The notes: generated by a model not told the origin, from the letters alone. DNA of 64,000 nucleotides from Ginglymostoma cirratum (GCA_024137785.1 JAHRHZ010000101.1:7577126-7641125); one strand, 5' to 3'; positions 1 through 13,966 are shown, numbered from the stretch's first letter. Translations and numbers: made by a program.

Positions 1-1045
1 CTGTAGGAAACAGAGAGTAATAATGGAAGGATGCTTCTTGGACTGAAAGTCTGTGAATAGTGGTGTGTCTCAGGGGTTGGTGCTGGGCCCATTGCTGTGT
101 TTTTTTTTGTCTATTTCAATGATGTGGAGGAGAATGCACAAGGTGAATTACACTAAAATAGGCAATATCGTGGATAGTGAGAAGGTTATCAGAAATTGCA
201 ACAGGATCTTGATCAGCTGGGGAAGTGGGCTAAGAAAGGGCAAATGGAGTTTAATATAGATAAGTGTGAGGTGTTGCATTTTGGAAATTCAAATCAAGGT
301 AGGAGTTTCATGGTGAATAGTAGGGCCTTAAGGAGCGTAGTGGAACAGAGGGACCTTGGATTTCAGTTGCATGGTTCTCTGAAAGTGGAGTCACAGATAG
401 ACAGGGTAGTGAAGAAGGCGTTTGTCACACTGGCCTTCGCCAGTCAGGGTGCTGAATACAGAAGTTGGGAAGTTATGTATATCTTATGTATATAAGGTAT
501 ACAAAATTATTGGAAAAAGATTCTGATTAAGGTATACAAAATTATGAGAGGCATGGTCAGTCGGTCATCAGAATCTCTTCCCAATGACAGACGCATCTAA
601 GGCCAGAAAACACGATGGAAAGGTACCAGAGATAAAAGGTACTGCAGATGCTGGAGAATCCGAGATAACAAGGCGTGGGGCTGGATGAACACAGCAGGCT
701 CGGCCCGAAACGTCAAGTTTTCCTGCTCCTATGATGCTGCTTGGCCTGCTGTGTTCATCCAGCCCCACGCCTTGTTACCTATGATGGAAAGGTACAATTG
801 GTTTAGAGGTCTGACAAAAAAAAAGTCACCCAGAGGGTTGCACATATAGGCAACCTGCTGCCTGAAAGGGTGGTGGAAACAGGTACTCACACAACATTTA
901 AGCATCTGGATGAGTACTTAATATGCCAGGGAAGTGTCAGCTATTTCCCAAGTGCAGATAAATGGGAATAGTGTAGTTTGTTGTTTGTTGTTTAACAAAG
1001 ACACAGTAGGCTGAAGAGCTTGTTTCTATGCTGTATGACTCTATG
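1..1045 (+). mobile_element. CR1 LINE fragment (RT 3' part and tail), interrupted by a Penelope-like cassette
   Basis: SGVSQGLVLGPLL, QQDLDQLGKWA..FNIDKCEVLHFG. Confidence 0.85.
627..782. mobile_element. Penelope-like inverted terminal-repeat cassette
   Basis: Fold-back of the repeat seen at 49720; TSD gatggaaaggtac at 614-626 and 783-795. Confidence 0.8.
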
Positions 1046-2534
1046 AAAGCAAGCTGATTCACTGATGTGCTTCAGGGAAGGGAACTTGCCAGCAGGTCTG
1101 GGCCTTTGCAAGACCCTGGTTTCTATGGGAGGACAAAGTGGTAGATGGAAGAGACAGGAATTAGAAGGAGTATAAACATTTAAAACTCATCCAGACCTTC
1201 AACGGAGTCTGCCAGCCCCTCACTCTCTCAAAATCTCAACCTCCACCATCTAAAAGGACCATATTATCAGATGTGACAACCATCATATCCCAGTCACACA
1301 CCATCCTGGTTTGTTTGATGTCCAGTGCTGGGTGAGCAGAAATTTCTCTATTGATGTATTGGGAAAGACAGAAGCCATTGTCTTCACTTCCTGTTACAAA
1401 CTCCACTCCCTCATCACTGACTCATTCCCTCTCCCTGGTAACGGTCTGAGGTTGAATTATCATGTTCACAACCACCATGAAATATTTCACCCCAAGTTCA
1501 GCTTCCAGCCACATGTCCTTACCACCACCAAGATCCCCTATTTCCACCTGAGAAACATCACCCGACTTCACCCTAGACTCAGGTCATCTGATATTGAAAC
1601 TCCCATCCATTTTTTTTTTGTCTCTGGAATTAATTATCTTCACACACTCCTGGCAAGCCTCCCACATTCAATCTCCCAGGATTCTTGAGGTCATGCAAAA
1701 CTCCCATATACTTACTCACAACCAGTCCTTCTCATCCTGCTTTCACCCTGTGCCCACTGACCTACACATCTTCTGGGTCACAAAGCACTAAGATATTAAA
1801 ATTCTTATTCTTATTTTGACATTTCTCTCTAGCACCTCCTACTCCAAACTCACAACCCTGTGAGATACAGTTTAATATAAATTTCAACCACATTAGAATT
1901 CTTGATTTCAAGTGTCGTAACTCTATCATCCTGCTTTCACATTCCAAGTGCATAAGCTCTTGCGCTACTCTGTAACCCTCCCTGATTTTCAAGCTGACTT
2001 TCTTTCTTCAAATTGCTCCTTAAAACCTACCCTTTTGGCCCAGTTTTTGGTCACCTATCCTAATATCTCCACATGTGATCTGGTGTCAAATATTGCTTTA
2101 TGACTACCTTGTGTAATATCTCATCATTGTATTACATCAAAAAGTGGGAAAAAATACAAACTGTTGTCAATTTGGACAAATTTCCTGGTTCTTGACGGTC
2201 ATTTGCTAATAACTTACCTAACAGCACTATGGGGGCACCTTCACCATAGGCCTGCAAAGGTTCAGGAAGGTCAAATATCACCTTTTCCATGGGTAATTGG
2301 GGATTGACAACATTTACTTCTTTCTGTGGATAGAGACACAGAGTTAATGTTTCAGGATATGCAGAAAGAATTCCAGAGAATAAACATGAAGCAGAATTTG
2401 ATGGTTAATATAAGCTCAGAAGCAGTAGAGGCACGGACTGCAATGCAGAAATGACAATAAGTGACAGAGAAAGATATCGTGGGAAGGTAAAGCTCCTAAA
2501 TTCACTATGCGTGGTTAGGAGGTGGTCTAACTAG

Positions 2535-3012
2535 AGAGTGTACAGAAAAGACCAACAAGGATGTCGCTGGGGTTGGAAAGTGTGATCTACAGGAAAAGGG
2601 TGAATATGTGGGGGTTATTTTCCCTGAAGTATCAGTGCCTGAGAGGTGATCATATCGAGGTTTATAAAATCATGAGGGGCATGGATAACGACAATAGTCA
2701 ATGTCTCTTTTCAAGGGTAGTGGAGATGAATACTAGAGGGCATAGGTTTAAGGTGAGTGGAGAAAGATTTAAAAGGGATCTGAGGGCAACATTTTCACGC
2801 CAAGAGTGGTGCATGCATGGAATTAGCTGCCAGAGGAAGAGGTGGAAGTTGGTGCAATTGAAACATTCAAAAGACACCTGAATGGGTACTTGAATAGGAA
2901 AGGTTTAGAGAGCTATGGGCTAAATGCTGGAAAATGGGACCAGATCAGATTAGGATATCTGCTCTGCATGGACAAATTGAACCAAAGGGTATGTTTCCAT
3001 TCTGTATGATTC
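2535..3012 (+). mobile_element. CR1 LINE 3' end
   Basis: LFSL...LRGDHIEVYKIMRGMD...TRGHRFKV. Confidence 0.8.
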
Positions 3013-4416
3013 TTTGAGATATGTTAGAAATCTCATTTGGACACACGACAAAACTAACATCGACAGAGAGAGGACAGAAGTGAAACAGCACAATGTATTC
3101 AAATAGATGCACATCCACACAAAAGGAGACACGCTGGTCACGGAGCCACAGAATCTCTCACTGGTAACAGACACAACAGTAAAAGCTCAAAATTGTTGAC
3201 GAATAGTCAATAATATTAAGTAATGTCACTATTTTCAATTTGAAACTCTCTTCCGGGACTCTAGAGCTGGAAATATATCAGAAGTACTGAAGTTTGAGAA
3301 AAATTTCATGGTTGAGGAAATCCCCGGGCGTGAGTGATGTCAGCATGCAATTGTTGTTGCATGATGACATCACCCACAGGAGCACAGAGGATCTAGGTCT
3401 GTGCAAACAAGCGATCACCCACACATTGGGAAGGATGGCAGCATCATTGGAGGGGCTAGATTCGTTTTTTCACCAGAATGGTTCAGGACTGAAGAACTTA
3501 TGATGATTAAAGCCAAAGGGAGGTTTGACAGAGCTGCCTGGATCTATGATTGGTTTAGGTAAGTAGGTTTAAACAAAATGTTCACATCATTTGATAGGAA
3601 ATGGGTCATCGGATACAATTTTAAGATATTAGACATGGTTGACAGGGAGAATGTGATGAAGAAATTATATGCAGTACATGGTAATGACTGGGAAGTCCAC
3701 ACTTACACTCAAAATCCAACGATATTTAGTATCTGATGAATCCATGGATTCTGTCAGATTCTTATGTGATGTTTGGTTGGAATTTCAAGTCTGTGAATGC
3801 TCTTCAAATATTCCGGAAAGGAAGTTTTGAAAAGACAGTGTCAGGAAAGCATATGACTCATACAAATTACTCCCTTTGATTTTTCCGTGTGTATGTGCGC
3901 ACTTCTGAGCCTCGGTGAAAGAGACTTCCAACGCCTATCACTATTGTAAATGCTAACATTGTTTCTCTATCCATCAAGGCTGCCAGTCCCACTAAGTTTC
4001 TCCAGCACCTTCTATTTTACTGTAGAAAATCACTTTATCCCCTTCTCCTGGCCCAGGGCAGCCACAAACGCTCCCTGCTGCACACTGCACCTCAATGTGA
4101 TTGGAAGCCCTTCAATTCGATGGTGACATCTAATCAGGGTCGTGAGCAACTACCCTGGGTTTTCATGTGACTGAACAGAACCGCCAATCTTTGGACACAG
4201 GAGGCAGGTTGACTCATCAGGCAATGGGATCTGGATAACAGGATTTACTTCCCCTTCTTTCATTTTCTGCCACCTCTCCGCTTCATAAATAAGACATTGG
4301 TGTGAAAGTCTGAAATAACTTGATTGACGGGTTGTCTCCATCCTGAACAATGGGCAGCAAGCTCCTCCCACTCTTTCCAAATATTGCCCGTACAAACATG
4401 GCCTCCTCACACGCGC

Positions 4417-5087
4417 CCCACAGTACAATGCCCCCAATAAATATAGTGGGCGGTCCCGACGCCTGCAAACGTGGACCTAATGGTTTCCGTTTCTTCTTTG
4501 GGTTTGAGATTTGCACAAGGTATTTAAGAAGTCTCCCCGTACACCTGCTTGATCAACCAAACTCTGCGATCCGCTTCATTTTCGCCGTTCGTGGAGCCGG
4601 AAAAAGTATCTCAATCCGTCACTCAGAGATAATAAGAACTGTTGATGCTGAAGTTAGATAAGACAGTGTGGAGATGGAGGAACACAGCAGGCCAGGCAGC
4701 ATCAGAGGACGAAAGTTGACGTGTCGGCTCGGGACCTTCTTCGCTAAAATAATACAGCATCAGGTTCACTATGTGAAGGAGGAAAGTCTGAAGAAGGGTC
4801 CCGACCCGACACGTCAACTTTCCTACTCCTCTAATTCTGCCTGGCCTGCTGTGTTATCTCTGACTCCAGCATCGGGAGTTCTTACTATCTCTGAGTGACG
4901 GATGGAGAGTATTTTTTCGGCTCCACGAACGGTGAAAATGATGGGGATCGCAGAGTTTAGTAGATCCGGCAGGTTGACGCGGAGACTTCGTAAATATCTT
5001 GCGCAAATCTCAAACCCGAAGAAGGAACCACTGGCCCCATGTTTTCGGGACCGTCCATTATCTTTATTGGGGGCATTGCACTGTGGG
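4417..5087. repeat. Large imperfect inverted repeat with Penelope-like terminal repeats at its centre
   Basis: cccacagtacaatgcccccaataaa (4417) versus tttattgggggcattgcactgtggg (5087); atccgtcactcagagata versus tatctctgagtgacggat. Confidence 0.85.
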
Positions 5088-5376
5088 AAAATCTGAAGAA
5101 GGGTCCCGAACCGAAACGTCAACTTTCCTGCTCCCCTGATGCTGCCTGACCTGCTGTGTTCCTCCAGCTACACAGTTTGTTATCTCCATCCATCACTATC
5201 TCTCACTCTGCACATGCTCTGTTCGGCAATCAGTGTCGCGCCTGTGCACTGCTACTGTACTATGTCTAGGAGACATTCAGCAGTGCGCTGAATGCTAGGT
5301 AAACATGCTTCATACGTCTATTCATTTCCGCGTGAATTTCTTGCGGCTCCTGATATCTCTCTTGAGGAGAGACCTT

Positions 5377-5790
5377 AGGGAAGGCGACGACCTAGTGGTA
5401 TTATAGCTGGAATATTAATCTAGAGACCTAGGTAGTGTTTCGGGGTACATGTTCAAATCCTGCCGCAGCAGATTGTGGAATTTGAATTCAATTGTCGATT
5501 GTCGAAGAAAAATCTGTCTGGTTCACGGATATCCTTTACGGAAGGAAAAATGTCATCTCATCCTTAACTAGCTTGGCCAACATTTGACTCAGACCCACAG
5601 CAAGGCAGGGTCACCGGACCCAAAACATTAACTCTGTTTTCTCCTCCAAAGATGCTGCCAGACCTGCTGAAATTTTCCAGTAACTTTGTTTTTGTTCCAC
5701 AGCAATGTGTTTGATTCTGAGCAATTGAGGGATGGCCAATGAACACTTCCCTAGCCAGCGACGTCCTCATCACGTAAATGACATTTTTAA
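5377..5790 (+). mobile_element. tRNA-derived SacSINE/DeuSINE-like element with nested Penelope-like piece
   Basis: A/B-box-like head (ctagtggta...gttcaaatcc), core tctggttcac..tccttt.cggaaggaa; insertion flanked by ccacagcaa. Confidence 0.6.
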
Positions 5791-8029
5791 TAATCCTCTG
5801 TCAAAGCCTTTCCTCGTTTTGAGATAACACAATGCTCATTAAGGTGTCTTGCATCACTAAAATGCCATACAAAGGAAGAACAACAATTTAAACCAAGGTG
5901 TATCCTCAGATTTGATGAGCTGCAGCCACTGACTTTGCTTTTCCTCCTTCACACAGTGAACTTGGCGCTGTATTATTTTTGTATAATTTTAAAATGTCAA
6001 GATCATTCCCAGTATTCCTCAGTGGCATTTGTTAACACTCTCATGAAACAAATGCATTGTTTTTAAAGTATATTTAAAGATTCCATACTTTAACTTAATT
6101 CTGAAGTGTAAAAGGGATCCTGTCTCAGAATTCTGAAAATGCCTTCAGGATTACATTTTGTCGATAATACACAGCAAACGCCAGAAGAAATTAACAGTTC
6201 TTCTGGAATGCAGATGGTCTGGTGAAATGGGTTGTCCTTTTTACTCACCCAAAGTTTAGCTCCATAACCCCAGACAGGGACCTTAACCATGCCTGTCCTA
6301 TTTCATATGCTGCCTTTAGCACATTCCTCCATCTCTGACTCATGTTCAGGTTCTCCTTGTTACCATTTCTCTCACCACCAGGCTCACTTCTCTTGCTTTT
6401 AGTTCCAACATGATGCCACGACAATAAATTTTCCATCTAATCTGGACTCTAAAGGGAGATTTCACTGTGTAGCCCCAGGTTCATACTTCTATTATCATCA
6501 TACCTGAATTGTATCATTTTAAGATATTAATATAATTCTATTCATCAACATGTTTACACGTTGTCATAGGAAGAAGATTTGTTAATTTTCTTTCCACCTT
6601 CCTCACTGTTCAAAGCTCCAAACATCCTTTACAAGTGATTTTCAGCTTTATTTATACTTTAGCTAAGCTAATTTATTGAATTCATTGCTCAGAACGCAAT
6701 CTCTTCTGCACAGGAAGACTAACAGAGACTGGGTGACCACTTCACAGAACACCTTGATGTAACTGCAAGCATGAACCGCAGCTTTGTTTCTCCTTCCATC
6801 ACACCGCTGAGCATTTACCAGATATTGTGTGTGTGTGTTTTTTTAATTTCATGTTAACATCAGCTGCAGTATTTGATTTTTAATCAGCAGACATATTATG
6901 AAAACACAGAAAAGACAGTGCCTGATTACCTGTTTTGATTCTGTAAGCTACAGTTACAGTGTTTGAAGATGAGGATGAAGGAGGTAAGGAACAACGAAAG
7001 CCTTTAAAAGGAATTAAGTTGATTTTGAGATATTAAAGAGTTGCAAAACATTGTGTGTTGAACAAATACTGATATATTTGATTCACAACTAACTTTACTT
7101 TATTAACAGTGGTAGAAACAACGCCAATGAACAGAATTCAGTACCGTTGTGGTTAGCAGCAAACTCTCACCCAAAACTTACCCTACACTGAAAAATACCC
7201 ATCAAACATTATCATTTTCTGAAGAAGGGTCTAGACCCGAAACGTCAGCTTTCCTGCCCCTCTGATGCTGCTTGGCCTGCTGTGTTCATCCAGCTCTACA
7301 CCTTGTTATATCATCCATTTCCTACTGGTTTCATAATGCAGCAAGATTCCGTGTCATATCTGACATGGAACTGGAAACCAGACTCGTAGGATGACAGTTA
7401 AATGGTTCCAAACATTCCATCTAGTTTTTAGCTCAAGCCTGTTTTGTATCTTCTTTCAGCACATTGCTGTACAAGATAAGGTTACCACTTTTCCTCTTTC
7501 TTCCCAGTTAGAAAACGTGTTAAAATACGCATCATTCCAAAGGTTACCGGCATGCACAAGACTGGAGAAAATGGAAGGGGATAATGGGCATTGGGCAATT
7601 TTGAATAACTAGTATGTTGGAGAAACAAGAAGATCAGCAACCTCTGTCAGTTGCACTGCCATCTATAATCTCATATCTTTATGTCTTACATTCCCACTCC
7701 TTGCTTTCCAGGTAAAACTTGGATCTACCATTAGTCTGTAAGTACACAAAGCAGCTAATTGACCCTGTAACTGGACCAACAGAGTGATCTCGAGTCAATG
7801 TTGAGATAGAAGCAGCCAGAGTATCAGAGAGAGGATAAAGTATCATCAACTGTGTCAGTGAGAGGAACCAATAATTAGAACAGATAAGCATTGACACACT
7901 TGACAAGCAGGAACCGAAATAGATCAAACAGCCCATCACATCTGCTCCCCTTGTCCACAAGATCATGGATAATCTGATAAGGTTCAGACTCCAGTTTTGC
8001 CGCATACGCACAGCCATTTATTGCCTAAA

Positions 8030-9110
8030 TAATTAAAAATATCTAACTGGGCCTTGATTATGCTTATTGACAGCATGATAATCCTCTATGGTAAAGAATT
8101 CCATAGATTCATCACCCCAAAAAAGAATCCTCCTCCTCCTCTGTGTCCTAAGTAGGTGACTCTTTAAACTGAGATCATGCCCTTTAGTCCTAAACTCTTT
8201 CACAAAAAGGAAACAACCACTCCACATTTACTCTGTCAAGCCCCCTAAGAACATTAAAATATTTCAATACAGTCTTCTTTCATTCTTTTAATGTTCAATG
8301 AGTACAGGCCTAAACTACTAAATTTCTCCTCAAACGTAAATCCCTCCATACCACAGACAACCCGGTGAACCTTCCCTGCACTGCCCCAATTCCAATACGT
8401 ATTTCCTTAAATATGGGTTCCAAAACTGTTCAGCTGTACATTTAAAACTATAACAATCCCTCTCTACATGTACATACTATGACGAGGGGGTATAATTTTA
8501 AGATGATTGAAGGAAGGTATGGGGGAGATGTCAGAGGTAGGTTCTTTACACAGTGAATGGTGGGCGTGTGGAATGCACTGCCGACAGTGACAGTGGAGAC
8601 AGATACTTTAGAGACTTCTAAGCGACTCTTGGATAGGCACATGAAGGATAGCAAAATGTAGGGTATGCAAGGTAGATTGATCATAGTAGCATAATAGCTC
8701 GGCACAGCATCGTGGGCCAAAGGGCCTGTACTGTGCTGTACTGTTCTATGTTCTATGTATTGTACATTTTCTTTAAAATACAGGCTACATTTCATTTCGC
8801 TTCTCTATTACGAGTTGAACTTGGATGCTAACTTTTTGTAAATCATGCATGAGGACCTCAAAATCCCTCTGTGCTGCAGCTTTGTTCGGCCTTTCCAAAT
8901 TTAAATAATATATTGCTTTTTTGTGAGCAGAGTGCATAACTGCACATTTTCCCACATTATATGCCATCTACCAAGTTTTAACCATTCATAACCTGTGTAT
9001 GTCCCCTGACGGACCCCATTGTACCATGCACATTACTTTGCTTTATATTTATTTTTGTGACATCCACAAAGTTAGCAATGTTACATTCACTTCTGTCATC
9101 TAAGTGTTGG
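8030..9110. mobile_element. Old CR1 (minus) with a nested younger CR1 3' end (plus, about 8480-8757)
   Basis: NVGKCAVMH..QRDFEVL on the minus strand; ttctatg tail at 8744-8757. Confidence 0.7.
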
Positions 9111-9700
9111 ATGTGTCTCGGGGAAAGTGACTGAAATGAAGCAACATTGAAACTCCCATGATTCAGCTAACCTGCAAGAATTCAGAGCTATGTTCTTGAT
9201 GATATAATGTCTTGGATACGGTCAGAGTACGACCCTTGATCTGGGAATGATGACATTTCTTTTGTGCATATTTTCTAAAGTGGCATGACTTGCAATGTGT
9301 TTGAAAACTAAAACGGCGCAGCAGCTTTGGCCAAATCAATGGAGTAAGGGTTGGATTTTCACATCAAATCTGGAGATCTCAATTAGTCAACAGATAAGGA
9401 ACAACAGGGAAGTTAGGCTTGGGATTGAAAGAGAATGAAAAGAAAGCGACAAGAAAATGTTAGAATGCAGTACATGGGAATGGTATAAAGAGATGGGGCT
9501 CGAAGTCTCCATGTAGGTGGTAATTCGTCAGATTCTTCTCCTGCAGTTTCAATAGACCTACACAACTATTTAAACAATGACAACTCACCTCATTTGGAAA
9601 TGTTCACGGATGTCCCTGTCACAAAATGATTCAATCATTTGCCAAGTCAGTGTCATCCTTGCTTTTTGTTACTCATCGGGGTTCTATTGCTCTTAGTGGA

Positions 9701-10497
9701 TATAGCAGATAAATGTGAGGTGATGCACTTTGGGAAGAATAATAGGAATGCAGAATACTGGGTCAATGGAAAGATTCTTGGTAGTGTGGATGTGCAGAGG
9801 GATCTTGGTGTCCAGGTACATAGATCCCTGAAAGTTGCCACCCAGGTTGATAGTGCTGTTAAGAAGGCATATGGTGTGTTAGGTTTCATTGGTAGAGGGA
9901 TTGAGTTCTGGAGCCGTGATGTCATGCTGCAACTGTACAAAACGCTAATGCGGCCTCACTTGGAATATTGTGTACAGTTCTGGTCGCCCCATTACAGGAA
10001 GGATGTGGAAGCATTGGAAAAGGTGCAGAGGAGATTTACCAGGATGTTGCCTGGTCTGGAATGAAGGTCTTATGAGGAAAGGCTGAGGGACTTGGGTCTG
10101 TTCTCATTGGAGAGAAGAAGGCTAAGAGGGATTTAATAGAGACATACAAAATGATCAGAGGATTAGATAGGCTGGACAGTGAGAGTCTTTTTCCTAGGAT
10201 GATGACGTCGGCTAGTACGAGGCGGCATAGCTGCAAATTGAGGGGTGATAGATTTAAGACAGATGTCAGAGGCAGGTTCTTTACTCAGAGAGTGGTAAGG
10301 GCGTGGAATGCCCTGCCTGCCAATGTAGTTAACTCAGCCACATTAGGGGCATTTAAACAGTCCTTGGATAAGCATATGGATGATGATGGGATAGTGTAGG
10401 GGGTGGGCTTAGATTAGTTCACAGGTCGGCGCAACATCAAAGGCCAAAGGGCCTGTTCTGCACTGTATTGTTCTATGTTCTATGTTCTATGTTCTAT
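9701..10497 (+). mobile_element. Young CR1 LINE 3' fragment
   Basis: ADKCEVMHFG...LYKTLMRPHLEYCVQFWSPHYRKD; (TTCTATG)n tail; near-identical inverted copy at 37355-37750. Confidence 0.92.
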
Positions 10498-11113
10498 ATA
10501 TCTGTGTGTGCCCTTCCGCAGGCAAACGACTTTCAGTTCCCCATTTTTTTCAAGTCCAAACTGTTCTCACGAGTTGTGTGGCTTCATATTAAAACTTAAA
10601 AAAAAACGGATTTGAAAGATGAAGGAGGAAACTATGTTCTGTATTTCATTCAGTGGAGACTATTCAGCTGCCCCATCCCGAATCGTAATAGAGTAGAGAG
10701 TGATTGAAATGGTGAGTGAACAGTTCCTTCAGTCAGGCTCGGTCCAGTTGCCCAAATCAGTCTTGCTGCACCAAATCACTCCCCACCATTATCTCACGAG
10801 CAGCTAGGAGAGCTTAATGCTGGAGTTCTCCTCAAATCCAAGAGAAGAATTTCAAAAGATAAATTTGAAGATTCTTCAAAGTTCACTCCTGACCAGATTG
10901 ATTGAATTCTAATGCATTGTCAACACTAGTCAGGGAAAGTTTTGCTCCATATTTCACTTTATCTAGTAGTGTGACCAAGATGTCTAAGGCACTGGACTTA
11001 AACTTCCTGTCTCTTGCAAGTTGTGCGTTTGAATCACACTGTGACTGATATCACAGGTATTATACCACAGGGAGTCACCTCGAAGGGGCTGTGGCAGTTT
11101 CAAGTTTATGCTA

Positions 11114-11341
11114 GAGAGATAGTAGGAACTGCAGATGCTGGAGAATCTGAGATAACAAGGTGTAGAGCTGGATGAACACAGCAGGCTAAGCAGCATCAGA
11201 GGAGCAGGAAGGCTGACCTTTTGGGCCTAGACCCTTCAGAAAGGTCTTTCTGAATAAGGGTCTAGGCCCGAAAATTCAGCCTTCCTGCTCCTCTGATGCT
11301 GCTTGGCCTGGTCTATTCATCCAGCTCTACACCTTGTTATC
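11114..11341. mobile_element. Penelope-like inverted cassette
   Basis: Palindromic; TSD tcaagtttatgcta at 11100-11113 and 11342-11355. Confidence 0.8.
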
Positions 11342-11974
11342 TCAAGTTTATGCTACTTACTTTTCTTCTTGGTGTTTGCCCCGCCTCAGGCCTCTGACAC
11401 ACTCAGTGATGAAAAGGTAAAATTGACAATAGCTTCTGTAAGCAGTGAGAGCTATGGTTCTCTGTGGCTCAATTGGTCAGCCAGGTTCAGCTGTATATTG
11501 AAAGGCTTGGCTCAAGACCACACAGGAACGGAGTTTCATTCATTTCAGATCTTACAAGCAGACAAACCATGTACCTACATTTAACCTACTTAATTTCAGA
11601 TCACACAAGAAGACTAACCACGTTTAACTTACTTAAAATCTATGCAAAAAATTAATTCAAACAAACACTTCAATGATTCTCTCTTGAATTAAAACCAAAA
11701 AAAATCCAGAGATCTCGGCGGGTCAGGTTGAATCCATGGAGAGAAAGCAAGCTAACTTTTCGAGTCTGGATGACTCTTCATCATGAAATTCTCTTCTTTC
11801 CCGGCTCCACGAGGTATGAGACAGGGACAAGCAGCAGGATTTGATCCCGCACTCTCCATACCCTCCCCTCCCCGCAACCAACAGAAAGCAGCCGCTGCAG
11901 CTTCAATCAGCAGCTTCTTGCCCCTCCCTTGGACGCGAGATCCTGCAAACCTGGGTCAAACATCTCAATATACC

Positions 11975-12278
11975 GAGATAACAAGGTGTAGAGCTGGATG
12001 AACACAGCCGGCCAAGCAGCATCATAGGAGCAGGAAAGCTTGACGTTTCGGGCCTAGACCCTTCATCAGAAATGGGGGAGGGGAAGAGAGTTCTGAAATA
12101 AATAGGGAGAGAGGGGGGAGTTGGATAGAAGATGGATAGAGGAGAAGTTAGGTGGAGAGGAGACAGACAAGTCAAAGAGGTGGGAATGGAGCCAGTAAAG
12201 GTGAGTGTAGGTGGGGAGGTAGGGAGGATATAGGTCAGTCCAGGGAGGACGGACAGGTCAAGGGAGCGGGATGAGGCT
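11975..12278 (-). mobile_element. Penelope-like 3' end
   Basis: Highly similar to 49720-50020 and 46230-46530. Confidence 0.8.
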
Positions 12279-12856
12279 TCAATCGGGAAAGCTCAGCTAA
12301 TATAACTTGTGGAAACTTCCTCCTCATGAATGGTATGAAGATGGAGAAAATCTTTTTTTTAATTTGATACTGGCTGCATGAGATTCCCACTGTCCTTTGA
12401 ATCTTTTAAGTCAAACTCTTGTCTCCAGAATAGATGTTACAATAATTATTGCCATGCAGAACAAAGTGCCAATGGTGCTGATTGTGACTCAGCAGACATC
12501 TGACCACTTCTTGCAGTTTGTTACAGAAATGACTGGGTTTATTGAAACAGATTCAGAGATTTATTCAGCATCTGACAGACTGACTGGAAATCACGTGGGC
12601 CACTCAAAGATGAGGGCAACAACATTACAATATGAGTACTGAATCTTGAATGCCATAACGAGTGCTGGAAATGAATTGGAATTTTCTGAAGGAGTTACAG
12701 CTGACAAGTGGAAGATGTGAATGACATTATTTGTGATTGAGAATAATGAAGTGGAACCTTGGGATTTTCTTGGTAGATGACTGTCAGCACCTTGAAATTA
12801 AGGTTCCAGATGGATTTGACTGAGTGTGAAATGGGAAAAGAAGTAATAACTGGTCA

Positions 12857-12923
12857 GCTCGACTAACTCAGCTGGTAGAACATAAGGCACAAAACGTTGT
12901 GGGTTCCAGCCTCACGCTAGGTG
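12857..12923 (+). pseudogene. Decayed tRNA-Lys(CTT)-like sequence
   Basis: gctcgactaactcagctggtagaacat...gttgtgggttccagcctcacgctaggtg aligns by eye to GCCCGGCTAGCTCAGTCGGTAGAGCAT...GTCGTGGGTTCGAGCCCCACGTTGGGCG; anticodon arm shortened. Confidence 0.55.
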
Positions 12924-13966
12924 TGTTCACTTTTCGGCTTCACTTTCTGAGATGAAGCCAGAGTCTTCATGTCTCCAACACTGTCACTGCACGAAACAGA
13001 GTATTTCGCCTGCTGCTTTTGATCAGATAGCAGTTTCTGAGTGAAAACATTCTCTGCTTCACTGGAAGTGCCAGACAGTTTTATAGGTACAGCCGAATGT
13101 ATAATGAATGACTACAATTTCAAAGCAGCAGGTTCCACTCCAATCCTGCACCAACAAAACTGTTCAGACTTAGAATGAGAATTGACAGTGGCATCTCCCT
13201 GTCAAATGGAGCTGAACCAGAATTAACTGATTTAGAAGATTTCGAAGAAAATATTAAGAAGTCGCCCTGAACATTACCCAATACACGAGGAAAATTATCT
13301 ATTTGTGTGATGCTGTGGGTTTATCTCGTTAAAGGAGGGGAAGGATTATGAGTTTTCAAGGTGGGACAGAAGTCATGTGGGGGAACGGGCATGTTAAACA
13401 TTCCCAGAACAAAGAGAACTGATTGGTCCAGTATCGTTCTCCCATCTTCAGTTTCTTTAAGAAAAAAATAGAAATTGCTGGAAAATAATCAGCAGGTCTA
13501 ACAACAAATGTGGTGAGTAAGCAGAGTTAATATTTTGGGTCCAATGGACCCTTCCTCAGATTTTTTTCATTACTTGTTCCATTCACATCTCCTTCTGTCT
13601 TTGAATACCCTCCCTTTTTATTGACTCTCTCCTGTCTTCCACCTTATCACAGAGATTTCCATTTATTATTTCCTCCTCTCTCTATATCACAGCCTCAAGA
13701 ATTTTTTTCAAACTTGTTCCATCTCTCACTTTTCCCAGTCCTGATAGGCGGTCGTTGGCCTGAAAAAATGAACTCTTTCTATCTCCATAGATGCTAGACG
13801 ACCAGAGACCATAAGTTAGAGGAGCAGAATTCGGCCCATCGAGTCTGCTCTGCTTTCAATCATGGCTGACATGTTTCTTCAACCTGTTCTTATGCCTTAT
13901 CCCCGTTTCCTTGACCCCCTTACTAATGAAGAGCATATCTTTTTGTAAGAGGATAATATTTTACTG

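Noticed and set aside
9639-10064. Signal peptide fused to an RT fragment as a domesticated gene
   Set aside because: Junction of a truncated CR1 with flanking DNA; non-ATG start and immediate frameshift
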